Assembly (NCBI GenBank): GCA_964491395.1
Contig: CAZBGI010000014.1
Span: 5,714-69,713, forward strand
Direction of reading: 5' to 3'
DNA length: 64,000 nt
Source: an uncultured Bacteroidales bacterium
Lineage (GTDB): Bacteria; Bacteroidota; Bacteroidia; Bacteroidales; UBA7960
Shown: piece by piece, positions 9,894-21,600 of the stretch
Layout of the letters: each line of letters begins with the position of its first letter
How positions within the stretch are numbered: position 1 is the first letter of the stretch
Notes under the pieces: model-generated
What the model saw: only the letters and a program-made list of their open reading frames with translations
The model's database searches: none
What the model was told of the DNA's origin: nothing
Program-made: the position numbers and the translations under genes

Positions 9894-12467
9894 TTATAAT
9901 TCTCCAATCAGTCTCCTTGCCCGGCTTACGGGAATTCTTTCTCCGTTGTCAAAGGCTACTACATAAATTTCATAGCCCAGTTTTCTTAAGGTACGCTGCA
10001 TCTTATAGGCATCTTCAAAATCTTTGAAACTTCCCACAAGGTAGCGGTGATAGCGGTCGTAGTCGTAATAGTATATAATATCAACATGGGGCAGGTTGTC
10101 CATTATTTTTCTGTAAAATCCGGGATTTATGGGCACATTGGATGCCATAAACTGGACCATAAACTCTACACCTTCAGCAAAGTGCGCATCTTTCTCAATA
10201 GAATTGAGGTATTTGAAGCTTCGCCTGGAAGAGGCTTCCAGGTATGCCTGCAGTTCAGTAAAGGGAATAGACTCGAAATGAGCTCGTCTGTTTAAACGGT
10301 GTTCTTTATCTGTGTTTGCATTTGCTATCGCCGGCATGGTCTTTCCGTGTCCTTTGGCGTAAATCCTGTCCGGGTCAATCTTGTTTCTTCTCAAATGAAC
10401 AAGAATGCTGCGGGCACGTTGCTGCGACAGATAATGGTTGAAAAGATAGCTGCTGATGATATCTGTATGTGCATGAATGATTATCCCCTGTTCGGGGTTG
10501 GCCTGCATATACTGAATCACTGTATCCAGTTGGGCTATTGCGAAATCCGTTAATGTCGCTTTGCCAAAGTCAAAGTAAATGACAGGAAATCCTTCTGAAC
10601 TTAAGGTAAAGTCCTTGATATCCGTTGGCTGAGTAAGTTCTTCTGCAACAACGACTTCCTCAGTAACGACAGGTTCCGTTTCTTCTTCAACATACTCAGG
10701 TATGGACTCATCTGCCAGCTCTTCCTCCTGGATTTGTATATCCTCCGGCGTCGTTTCGTCGGTTTCTTGTTCTTCAACGGGTTCTGTCAGGGGGGTATCT
10801 GTTTCCTCAACGATGAGATCAGCAGGAACAAGGGAAAAGTTTTTTTCATAATCACGAATTACTTCAAACCTGTTGGCAAGAAGCTGGTCTCTTACAGCCA
10901 GTGTGTCTGCCACTTCCTGGTAACCCTCGGGATATGCATTGATGTAATAATTAACGTCTGTGCTTAGTTCAGGTAGTTCATAATAGCCTGCTGCATCGGT
11001 AGTGGCCGTGAAAAATCCATCAAAATCATCGAAGAAGAACAACTCAAGCCCTGCTACCGGTTCACCCGATATTTGATCGGTAACTCTTCCCTGCACTACA
11101 AAAGTTTTGGGCATCACCCTGAAAGAGTATAAGTCATCTTCTCCTTTTCCTCCGGGTCTGTTGGAACTGAAAAATCCGCGTGTATAGTCTTCGTCGATGA
11201 TAAAGCCAAAATCATCAGCACTGCTGTTTACCGGAACTCCCATGTTGAGGGGCTCATCATATTCTCCCTCTTCTGAAATAAGGGTGTAAAAAACATCAAA
11301 ACCACCAAAGCCGGGATGGCCATAGGAACTGAAATACAATACATCGCCGGCAATAAAAGGATAAGATTCATTAAAAGAAGTATTGATTTCGGGCCCCAGG
11401 TTGATGGGGTCTCCCCAGTTTCCTTGCTCATCCTGGATTATTTTGTAGATATCGTATCCACCGTAACCACCCTCCATATCAGAAGCAAAGTACAGGGTTT
11501 TACCATCTTCTGAAATACTGGGATAACCGATGTTGTATTTATCGTTGTTAAAGGGGAATATCCGGGGTGTGCCCCAGAAATCATTTTGTGTATTGTGCTC
11601 AACAATGTAAATATCGGCAGTAGCCCGCTCGCCGGTAGGACCACCACTATTCATAAAATAAGCGATTTCGTTTTCTTCGTCATAGGAAAGGAAGCCATCG
11701 TAATAATTGGAGTTGATGGTTCCTCGCAGCAGGGTGGGGGTGTCCCAGTCTCCCTCTCGCCGGTTGAAGGTGGCCTCATAAATATTGGAATAACCATTTT
11801 CCCCTGATTCGAAATCCAGCGTGGAGGAAAAGACAATCCTTTCCTTCAATGTTCGGGACATCCATACCCAGTAAAAAATATTATTATTCCGAAGACGTAC
11901 ATCAATGTCAAATTGTTCGTCTACTCTTGCCTGTTCGTCATACATGACAGCAACATTTTCCAGGAAAGCTGCTCCCCATTGCTGTCCGGGGTTGTTGATA
12001 GCCTCTTCGTTGGATACTTCAAATATCGTTTCGGTACTGTAATTTTCTTTGGCAAAGTAGGCCGACTGGCGAAGTTTTTCTCCCAGCGAATCGTCAGGAC
12101 TTAATTTCATGTATTCTTCAATGTAAGTGATCGCCAGGTCAAATTCCTCTAAGCCAAGTGTCATTTCACTCAGGTGAAGGTAAATATCCTTTTCTTCGTA
12201 TCCCATATTCAGGGCGATGGTATACCATTTTTTAGCCTCTTCATAATTAAGCAAACGTCGATAAGATTCACCTACCTTGAAGGACAGTTCGCGCCTGATG
12301 TGGGGTTGTTCTTCCCTTCTCAGAATTTTCTGATACACGCTGATGGCCTCCTGGAATTGCTCCTTCTCATAATAGTCATCACCCACCGCTATTCGTTGCT
12401 GGGTGCGTTGACTGATAGCAGGTAAAGATAAAAGAAAGCAAAACATGTAGATGTAAAGTCGCTTCAT
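9894..12467 (-). CDS. PorE-like protein: TPR, PD40 propeller, carboxypeptidase-regulatory domain, acidic linker, OmpA_C and SPOR-like domain
   Basis: N-terminal TPRs, LYFASDMEGGYGGYDIY, NLGPEINT..NESYP, FSSNRPGGKGEDDLY, IYFDFGK..HTD..LSQQRA..NRR, and a terminal VQF..RYLVGSF..GY.YVVAF segment. Confidence 0.85.
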   Translation of the reverse strand: MKRLYIYMFCFLLSLPAISQRTQQRIAVGDDYYEKEQFQEAISVYQKILRREEQPHIRRELSFKVGESYRRLLNYEEAKKWYTIALNMGYEEKDIYLHLSEMTLGLEEFDLAITYIEEYMKLSPDDSLGEKLRQSAYFAKENYSTETIFEVSNEEAINNPGQQWGAAFLENVAVMYDEQARVDEQFDIDVRLRNNNIFYWVWMSRTLKERIVFSSTLDFESGENGYSNIYEATFNRREGDWDTPTLLRGTINSNYYDGFLSYDEENEIAYFMNSGGPTGERATADIYIVEHNTQNDFWGTPRIFPFNNDKYNIGYPSISEDGKTLYFASDMEGGYGGYDIYKIIQDEQGNWGDPINLGPEINTSFNESYPFIAGDVLYFSSYGHPGFGGFDVFYTLISEEGEYDEPLNMGVPVNSSADDFGFIIDEDYTRGFFSSNRPGGKGEDDLYSFRVMPKTFVVQGRVTDQISGEPVAGLELFFFDDFDGFFTATTDAAGYYELPELSTDVNYYINAYPEGYQEVADTLAVRDQLLANRFEVIRDYEKNFSLVPADLIVEETDTPLTEPVEEQETDETTPEDIQIQEEELADESIPEYVEEETEPVVTEEVVVAEELTQPTDIKDFTLSSEGFPVIYFDFGKATLTDFAIAQLDTVIQYMQANPEQGIIIHAHTDIISSYLFNHYLSQQRARSILVHLRRNKIDPDRIYAKGHGKTMPAIANANTDKEHRLNRRAHFESIPFTELQAYLEASSRRSFKYLNSIEKDAHFAEGVEFMVQFMASNVPINPGFYRKIMDNLPHVDIIYYYDYDRYHRYLVGSFKDFEDAYKMQRTLRKLGYEIYVVAFDNGERIPVSRARRLIGEL

Positions 12468-12569
12468 TGCAATTGATTATGTTTAACGTTTTGAGGCCTT
12501 TTTTCTGACCATCAAAACATTGAGGTTAATGAATATAATCCTGAGTTAAAAGGGTTATACGCATTAGTT

Positions 12570-12608
12570 GGCAGAAGGTTATCTGTGCCTGACAGGTAAC
12601 CTTCTGCC
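12570..12608. terminator. Stem-loop just after the adhesin stop codon (terminator or mRNA stabiliser)
   Basis: 12-bp perfect inverted repeat GGCAGAAGGTTA/TAACCTTCTGCC. No clear U-tract. Confidence 0.55.
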
Positions 12609-12614
12609 GGTTTA

Positions 12615-15600
12615 TTATTCTTGTAACACTACTGTTACGGAACCTTTTACGGTTGTTTTTTCGTTGTTTTCATCATAAATGTTCAATAAATAATAATAGG
12701 TTCCGGGAGAAACTTTTTTTCCATTGAAAGTGCCGTCCCAGCCCGAAGTGCCTTCGTAGACTTTCTGTCCCCAGCGGTTGAAGATGGTGAGTTCTGCTCC
12801 TTCTCCGAAAATATCGTTGATTCCATCTTCGTCGGGTGTAAAGGCATTGGGAAGTTCATTGAGAACAATGGCAACAAACTGACTGATACCCGGACATTCC
12901 TCATCATAAGCAACAACAAATACCTGCTCCCCGCCAATGAGTTCACTTGTTGACCAGGTGTTGAATGATCCACTCTGTACAAGGCGGGCATTGGCAATCT
13001 CCTCTTTGGTATCATTCTCATTATTGTCCTCGTCATTATCCTCATTATTGTCCTCGTTGTTGTCTTCATCATCTGTCTCCGGATCCAGCACATACCATTC
13101 GTACAGAGCGTAATCCGCGGGAAGTGCCTCGAAATTAACCGTCTGTCCGGGATAAATGGAATGAGAGTTGCCGGCAAGCATATTGTTAATGTGGATGCTC
13201 ACTTCCGGACTTTCGATGAAGTCAATCTGGATGGTTCCTGTAATAAAGCATCCCATGGCATCCATCACCATCAGGCTGTAGCTTTCTGCAAAGGGGCCCT
13301 CAATGGTGGGATTCAACTCGTTTGAGACACTATTGCCGTCATTATCTGTCCAGAAATACTGGTATGGTGTCATTCCACCTTCAACGGTAATGTTGTCACC
13401 CAGGGAGGCCAGGGTTTCTGCTTCACATATTGCGGGATTTGACACATTCACAAATCTCAGATCGCTGATATTGATAGCAACTTCCCCGGTGGCCACACAA
13501 CCGGTCTGGTTGTCCGTAACAACTACGGTATAAACCGTTGATACTGTAGGGCTTACTTCAGGGTTGGCTTCTGTGGAAGTGAATTCTTCGTCCTGGTTGG
13601 AAGTCCAGCTATAGCTGTATCCGGGTATGGCATCTCCTCCAATAGACTGGTTGGCTGCTTCTTCTGCTGAACAGTAGGTCATGTCGTCAGCAATCTCCAC
13701 TACAGGTAAAGGATTTACAGTTACCACAACCTGCGCAATATCTGTACAATGATCGTTGGAAACCTCCAGGATAAAGGTAATCTGGCTGTTGTTGTCAAGG
13801 GTATACAGACCGGGCGTTACCTCAGGATTGGCTTCATTGCTGAAGAATCCGGAAGGGATGGACGTCCAGCTGTAAGTAAGCCCTTCTTCTTCACTTCCGC
13901 TACCCAGATTGATTGCTGCATCTGCACAAACTTCTGTATCTTCAATCACCTGGGCATCAGGATTCTCATGCACGGTTACCACAACACTGTTTTGATTGGT
14001 ACAACCTGTCAGGGTGTATGTCTCAATCAGCGTGTAGGTGGTGGTCTCCTGCGGGCTTACTGTCGGATTGGAGATGGTGGGATCACTGATAGATTCATCT
14101 TCGGGTTCACTGATCCATTGATACGTGTTGGGTGGCATGGGATCGGTATATTCGGTACCGATTGTTACACTTTCTCCCAAACAGATATCCTGATCTTCTC
14201 CTGCATCAGCCAATGGAGTGGGGCTTACCGTAACAGTAACATTGTCTTCACTTGTACATCCCAGCTTTATGTGCTGAACCAACAGGGTATACGTGGTTGT
14301 CTCCACAGGGCTTACCTCCGGATTGGGACTGTTGACGTCAAACTCTTCTTCCGGATTGCTGGAAGTCCATGAGTAAGTCCACTCGCTCGAAACTTCTTCG
14401 GGACCTATGATTGTCGCTTCTCCTTCACAAACAACCTGGTCGTCACCGGCATCGGCTACTACATCAACTACGCTGATGGTAACAGTATTGGAGTTGGTAC
14501 AACCACTTTCGGTGTAAGTCTCCACCAATGTATAAGTAGTAGTAACCAAGGGGTTGACCTGTGGGTTGGAAGCTGTGGGGTCAATAAGCGAGGGGTCTTC
14601 GGGTTCACTGGTCCACAAATAAGTGTTGTTGGGTACCGGAGTGAAATCGTCTTCCACACCGATATTCACCGTGTCTCCTGCACATATGGTCTGGTCTTCT
14701 GCTACCAAAGCAAGTGGCAGCGGATGGAATGTTACCGTAACTTCGCCATAAGAGAAGCATTGGTTGTCAAGGTTGGTGACCTCTACCCAGTAAGTACCGC
14801 TTTCGGTCACTTCCAGGGTTTGGCCCGTGCTTTCGTCTGACCATTCATAGCTTACATTGTCAAACTCACCTGCATCAAGAACTACAGTTTCTCCTTCGCA
14901 GGCAAACAGGTCTTCTCCCAAATCAACGACCGGCGCAGGTACAACAGAAAGGGTTACTTCGGCCTGGTCACTGCCGCAATCATTGTATGCAGTCAGGGTG
15001 AAAGTCGTTGTTTCGTTCATTACTACTTCAATGACCTCGTTGTTTTCATTGCCTTCAAAGTCATATTCGGGAACTGCGGTCCACAGGTAGGAGTCTCCAC
15101 CTGAAGCTGTCAGTGTAACGATTCCTCCATCACATACTTCTGTGGCAGTTGCTTCAATGGCAGCTACCGGCAGAGAGTTAAGCGTAATTTCGGCCTGACC
15201 ATCCATCATGATGGTACAGCCTGTTGAGGTGTTGATGGCCCCGACGGTATAAGTTCCGGCTTCGGTCTGGAGTCCGAAACTGATAGCACTGTCCGTTCCC
15301 GGCAGGGTGGCAAGCGTGTCAGTATCGTTGAGAATGAGCGTGTAGTCAATTCCTGTTACCGAGCCATCAAGTCCTATCTCAACACCATCGGCGTCTTCAC
15401 AGAATTCACCACCTCCGGTAACTGTAAAAATATCGGGTAAGGGAAGTACTTCAATTTCAGCACTGCCGTTCATGGTGAGTTCACATCCACTTACCGGATC
15501 TATTGCCATTACAGTATAGATGCCCGGTTGTGCAAGGAATCCAAAGGTGAGCAAATCGCCGGTTCCGCTAAGAATATCGCCTTCCGGTGCGCCATCAAGC

Positions 15601-18600
15601 AGCAGTTGATAGTTGATACCTGCTTCACTTCCTTCCAGCATGATTTCAGCCCCTTCGCCACCTTCACAATATGCGCCACCGCCGGTTACATCGAACACTG
15701 CAAGCATTACAGGCTCAGAAACGTTTGTTTCAGCCGCAGATGAACAGTTGTTGGCATCACTTACTCTTACTTCATAAAGGCCGGAATCGGTTATTCCGCT
15801 GAATACCACATTTTCACCTTCATTGGCAGTGAGCGGGCCCTCGACCTCGGTTTCATTGAGCCAAAGGGTAAATTCGTATGGTTCGGTGCCTTGTGTGGCT
15901 GATGCTTCGATGGTAGCTTCATCACCGGGACAAACAATGTCTGTGATGGTTTGAGCTGTAACCAGAAGTGCTTCAGGTTCGGTAAGGATAAATTCTTCTG
16001 ACAAAACATTGCACATGGCCTCATCGATAATGCTTACAAGGTAGGTTCCGGGTTCAAGTCCGGTGAAGTTTGCATTTCCTGTCTGGGGGCCCTGCAGGGT
16101 ATCTCCACCGGAAAGGAGGAAATAGGCAAGTTCTCCGCTTCCGCCATTGGCAGAGAGTGAGACAGAGCCGTTGTCAAGTCCGTTGCAGGTAATATCGCTA
16201 ACGTTTATGCTTGAGGAGTCAATGGTAATGGGATCCGGCTCATCAATAAAGATGAGGTCAGAAATTCCCGAACCACAACTATTGTCATCTGTAACCCTTA
16301 CAAAATAGTTTCCGAAGGAAATTCCTTCAAAAGTTTGGGGGTCTGTGCTTGTTGCTACGATGGTTTGCAAAACATTCAGATCTTCATCAAGCAACTCATA
16401 AGTATAAGGGAGGAGCCCCTGAGATGCTTCCACGGTAATGGTTCCTGAAGCTTCACCGGCGCAAATGGCATCGGTGGTTGCTACGATAGAAATTGCAGGG
16501 CCTTCACCAATGGTAACCATTGTAGTAGCCGTGTTGAAGCAGCCGTTTTCATCTACCAGGCGGTACTCTACCTCATAGGTTCCGGGGTCGGAGGATGCAA
16601 GGTCGATGGTACCTGTGTCGGAATCAATGCTAAGTCCAAACTGGGGTTCTGCACTGAAAGTTCCAAAATCAATGATATCCTCGGTTTCGATAATGACATC
16701 CACAGAACCCTCCTGGCAGAAGACATCTGCACCATAAGAAATGGTTGCTTCAGGCAGTGCAAGAATAGTAAGGGTTACAGGAGTTCGTTCACTTTCACAC
16801 GAGGTTATATCGTCAACCGATGCTGCCCAGGCGGTATATTCGCCGGCATCTGTTGCGGTGGGTTGTGTTCCGGGTGTATCTCCGGTTTCATCAGTATACC
16901 ACACTATGGAAGCTCCTGCCGGCGCAGTGGCAGTGGCTGTTTGTTCTGAACCATCAAAGCAAACTGTTTCATCCACAGCTATGGGTGCATCGGGAAGTGG
17001 CAGGATTTCAACTTCTGCCTGGCCTGTCATATCTGCCTCACAGCCTGTATCTTCGGTTTCTGCCACTACCGTGTAAATGCCTGCCAGGGGTTGTATCCCA
17101 AAGCTTACAGGATTACCGGTTCCACTGATAACTTCACCTGTGGGGTTTCCGTCCAGTATCAGGAAATAGTTGATTCCGGTTTCTGAACCATCCAGTCCTA
17201 TTTCTACACCCTCTCCGCCATCGCAATATTCACCTCCACCGGTCACATTGTACGTTATTGGCAGTGAGTTGAGTCCTATAACTGCTTCTCCGCTCATCGT
17301 TATGAAGCATCCGGTGGTGGTATCGGTAGCTATTACCGTGTAAGTGCCGGGAGTAGTTTGCAAACCAAAGCTAATGGCTGATCCGGTACCGGCAACAATA
17401 TCTCCGGTAGCTGTATCATCAACAAACAGGGCATAGTTTACGTCCGTTTGGGAATTGTCAAGTCCCACTTCCACACCGTCACCAAACTCACAGTAATTTC
17501 CTCCACCGGTAACATTGTATACCATGGGGAGTTCCTGCTCATCAATGGTGGCGGATCCGCTCATCATGTTTTCGCAACCTGTGGCTTCGTTCACTGCCCA
17601 AACGGTATAGTTTCCAATCTGGGTCTGAATCCCAAAACTGAGTGCATTACCGGTACCGGCAAGGGTAGTCAGGGTATCATTATCGTTGAAAATCAGTGTG
17701 TAATTTACATCGGTTTCGGAGCCATCCAGCCCTATTTCAGCGCCGGCACCGCCGTCGCAGTACTCACCACCACCCGTTACATTAAAGGCAATGGGTAAGG
17801 GAAGAATGATCACATCCACACTGCCTGTCATCATGGTGGAGCAGGTAGATTCAGGGTGTGTTGCCTGCACACTATAGTTTCCTTCTTCTGTGTGGAGGCC
17901 AAAGCTGATTTCATCGCCGGTTCCTGGCACAGGAGCCCCTGTGTTGGTTCCTTCGTAAAGAAGCTGGTAGTTTACTCCGGTTTCACTTCCGTCAAGGATG
18001 ATTTCCACACCCTCTCCGCCGGAGCAATAGGCATTATCACCGACAGTCATTACATTAAACTGGTCCAGCAGCAGGGGTTCGGAAACTTCTACGTCCTCTG
18101 TTGTTTCACAATCATTGGCATCTGTTGCCATGACGGTATAAAGTCCTGGTGCGTCAATACCACTGAAGAATACCATTTCATCTTCGCCGGCAGTGAGCGG
18201 TCCATTTACCTGAACTCCACCTGACCAAAGGGTGAAGGTATAAGGCGCAGTGCCTTGCGAAGCAGAGGCCTCAATAATTGCTTCATCTTCGGGGCATACA
18301 ATGTCAGGGTTGGTTTCTGCTGTAAGCAGCAGGGCATCCGGTTCGGTAATGGTGAATTCTTCTGATAAAACACTACAGAGTGCTTCATCGGTAATGCTTA
18401 TTACATAGGTTCCGGGTGCAAGATCTGAAAAGTTGGCGTTTCCGGTCTGGGGATCCTGAACAGGATTGCCCTCAGATAACAGCACGAATTCAAGCTCACC
18501 GCTTCCGCCGTTAGCAGAAAGGGAGATGCTGCCATCATCAAGACCATTGCATGTAACGTTGGTAATATTTATGCTTGTGGGGTCGATAGCAATGGGATTC

Positions 18601-21600
18601 GGCTCATCAATGAGGATGAGGTCGGAAATGCCTGAACCGCAACTATTGTTATCGGTTACCTGCACATAATAGGAACCAGTAGCCAGGTCTGTAAAAGTCT
18701 GTGGATCAGTGGTGGTTGCAACAATGGTTTGCAACACATTCAGATCCTCATCAAGGAGTTCAAATGTATAGGGCAGTTCACCGGCTGAAGCTTCCACAGT
18801 AATGCTTCCGGTTGCTTCACCGGCGCAAATTGCATCGGATGGAGTAATGCTTGCAAAGGCAGGCACTTCGTCGATGGTGATGATGGTTGTTGTAGTGTTG
18901 AAACAGTTATTTTCATCAACGAAGCGGAATTCTATTTCGTAAGTTCCGGGTGCTGAGTTTGCCAGGTTGATGGTACCGGTATCTTCGTTGATATCAAGAC
19001 CAAACTGGGGTTCTACGCTAAAAGTACCAAAAGAAATCACATCATCAGTTTCAAGTGCAACTTCTACCGTTCCTACCGGGCAGAAATTTTCGGCACCATA
19101 GGAAATGGTTACCTCCGGCAATGGGAAAATAACCAGGGTTACTTCCACTCGTTCACTTTCGCACCCTGTTATATCGTCAACAGCGGCCGCCCATGCAGTA
19201 TAGGTTTCCGGATCTGTACCTGTGGGGGCAGTGGTAATTTCACCACCAAACTGCTCTGTGTACCATACAATGGATGCACCAGCAGGCGGGGTTGCAGAGG
19301 CCATAAACTCATCGCCGGTAAAGCATTCTTCCTCATTATTGGCCACAGGCAATGCGGGTGTATCATTAATAACCAGTGTTACCAGTGTTCTTTCGCTTTC
19401 ACAGCCTGTATCTTCGTCAATGGCAGCTGCCCATGCGCTGTAGGTGTCAGGATCAGTGCCGGAAGGAGCTTCAGTTGTTTCTTCTCCAAATTCGGTGGTG
19501 TACCATACCAGGGTCGTTCCTTCAGGAGCAGAGGCGGAGGCACTGTGCTCATTTCCGTCAAAGCAAACGGTAGTATCATTGGCTATGGGTGTATCGGGAA
19601 GTTCGTTAATGGTCAGGGTTACCAAAGTTCTTTCGCTTTCGCAGCCAGTAACATCGTCAACAGCAGCGGCCCAGGCAGAATAGCTGTCCGGGTCGGTACC
19701 AGTGGGAGCGGTAGTCTCCACATCCCCAAACTGGGTAGTATACCATACCAGGGTAGTTTCTGCAGCAACGGTTGCGGTTGCAGTGTGCTCTTCTCCGTCG
19801 AAACAAACCGTAACATTATTGGCTACCGGCTCTTCGGGTGTGTCGTTGATGATCAGGGTAACTTCTATTCGTTCGCTTTCGCAACCGGAGTCAACACCTA
19901 CAGCAGCGGCCCATGCAGAGTAAGTGCCGGGGGCAGTGCCGGAGGGAGCTTCGCTGGTTTCGTCACCGGTTTCATTGGCATACCAGACAATGGTGGTACC
20001 TGCAGGAGGTGTTGCTGTTGCGGTGTGCTCAGTGCCATCAAAGCAAACTTCCGTATCGTTGGCCTCAGGGGCGTCGGGAAGTTCATCAATGGTAATGGTG
20101 GTGATGGCTGTGTTGAAGCATCCGTTCACATCCTGGAAACGGTATTCAATTTCATAGGTTCCGGGTGTTGAATTGCCCAGGTTGATGGTACCGGTATCTT
20201 CGTTGATATCCAGTCCTGTTTCAGGCTCCTCACTAAAGGTACCAAAATCAATCTCAGTATCCTCACCAGGAGTGATAATAATGTCCACAGTTCCTTCGGG
20301 GCAGAAGTTCTCTGCTCCATAGGAAATGGTTGCTTCTGGTAGCGGGAAGATTTCCAGGGTAACCAGGGTTCTTTCGCTTTCGCATCCGGTAGCGGTAAAC
20401 TCAGCCGCAGCCCATGCAGTATATATTCCGGGGTTAACACCTGAAGGAGCATTGCCGGGTTCATCGCCTGTCTCGTTGGCATACCAGACGATGACCGCAC
20501 CCGAAGGAGGTGTAGCAGAGGCTTCAACAGAATCACCTGTAAAACATGCATTTTCGTTGTTGGCGATGGGTGCATCAGGAACATCGTTGATAGTAAGGAT
20601 AACTTCTACCCGTTCACTCTCACATCCATCCAGTTCTGCTGCGGCCCATGCGTTATAGGTGCCGGGATCTGTTGCCGAAGGAGCCGATGAAAGGACATCG
20701 CCGGTCTGGTTTTCATACCAAATCAGATTCACGCCTTCTTCCACGATTGCTCCTGCAGTATATTCAGTGCCGTCAAAACAAACGGTTACATTTTGTGGTG
20801 TGGGAGTTGCCGGGCTTTCCTGTATGGTCAAGGTTGCCTGTACACGGTCGCTTTCACAGCCATCGGCATTGATAACAGCCGCCCATGCAGAATATTCTCC
20901 TGCTTCTGAACCCGAGGGGGCCGTGGTGGTATCAAAACCCGTTTCATTTTCGTACCAGACCAGGGTTGTTCCCGCAGGATGGGTTGCCGTAATGGTATGG
21001 GGGTCACCATCTTCACAAACCTCCAGGTCTGCTACTACAGGAGGAGCAGGCTGAGGTAGAATGGTAACGGTGGTAGATGTTGAACCATCGCAGTTTCCAT
21101 CGGTATAGTGATAGATTACTTCGTAGGTTCCGGGATCGCTGTTTTCCAGGTCAATATCTCCTGTGTTGGTATCAATGGCCAGGCCGGTAGAGGGAATTAC
21201 TTCAAAATAGTGTCCGGCAGTGTAGTTAACGGTAACGGTCCATGTGTTGTTGTCTACCCTGTTGCCATCGGAAGAACATTGAGGTGAAGGATTGAATGCT
21301 CGTCCTGCATGGAGCTCGAAAACAATGTCTCCTCCATCCACAACATCATTGGCAATACGGAGGTCGGAACGGCTGTATGAATAAGTTCCGGGATCATTTC
21401 CAACTCCAATAAATACTTCTTCTTCGCTTGTGCCATTGGGTGAAATGCAGCGCAACTGGCTGTGCTGATCCGACAAATAGTGACCACCGCTGGCCGACAT
21501 ATTATACTCCACATCCACAGAAGTGATGACAGATCCCAGGGGAATGGGAACAGTAAGTGTACCGGGACAATTGGAATCATCTGCGGTGGTTCTGAAGGTA

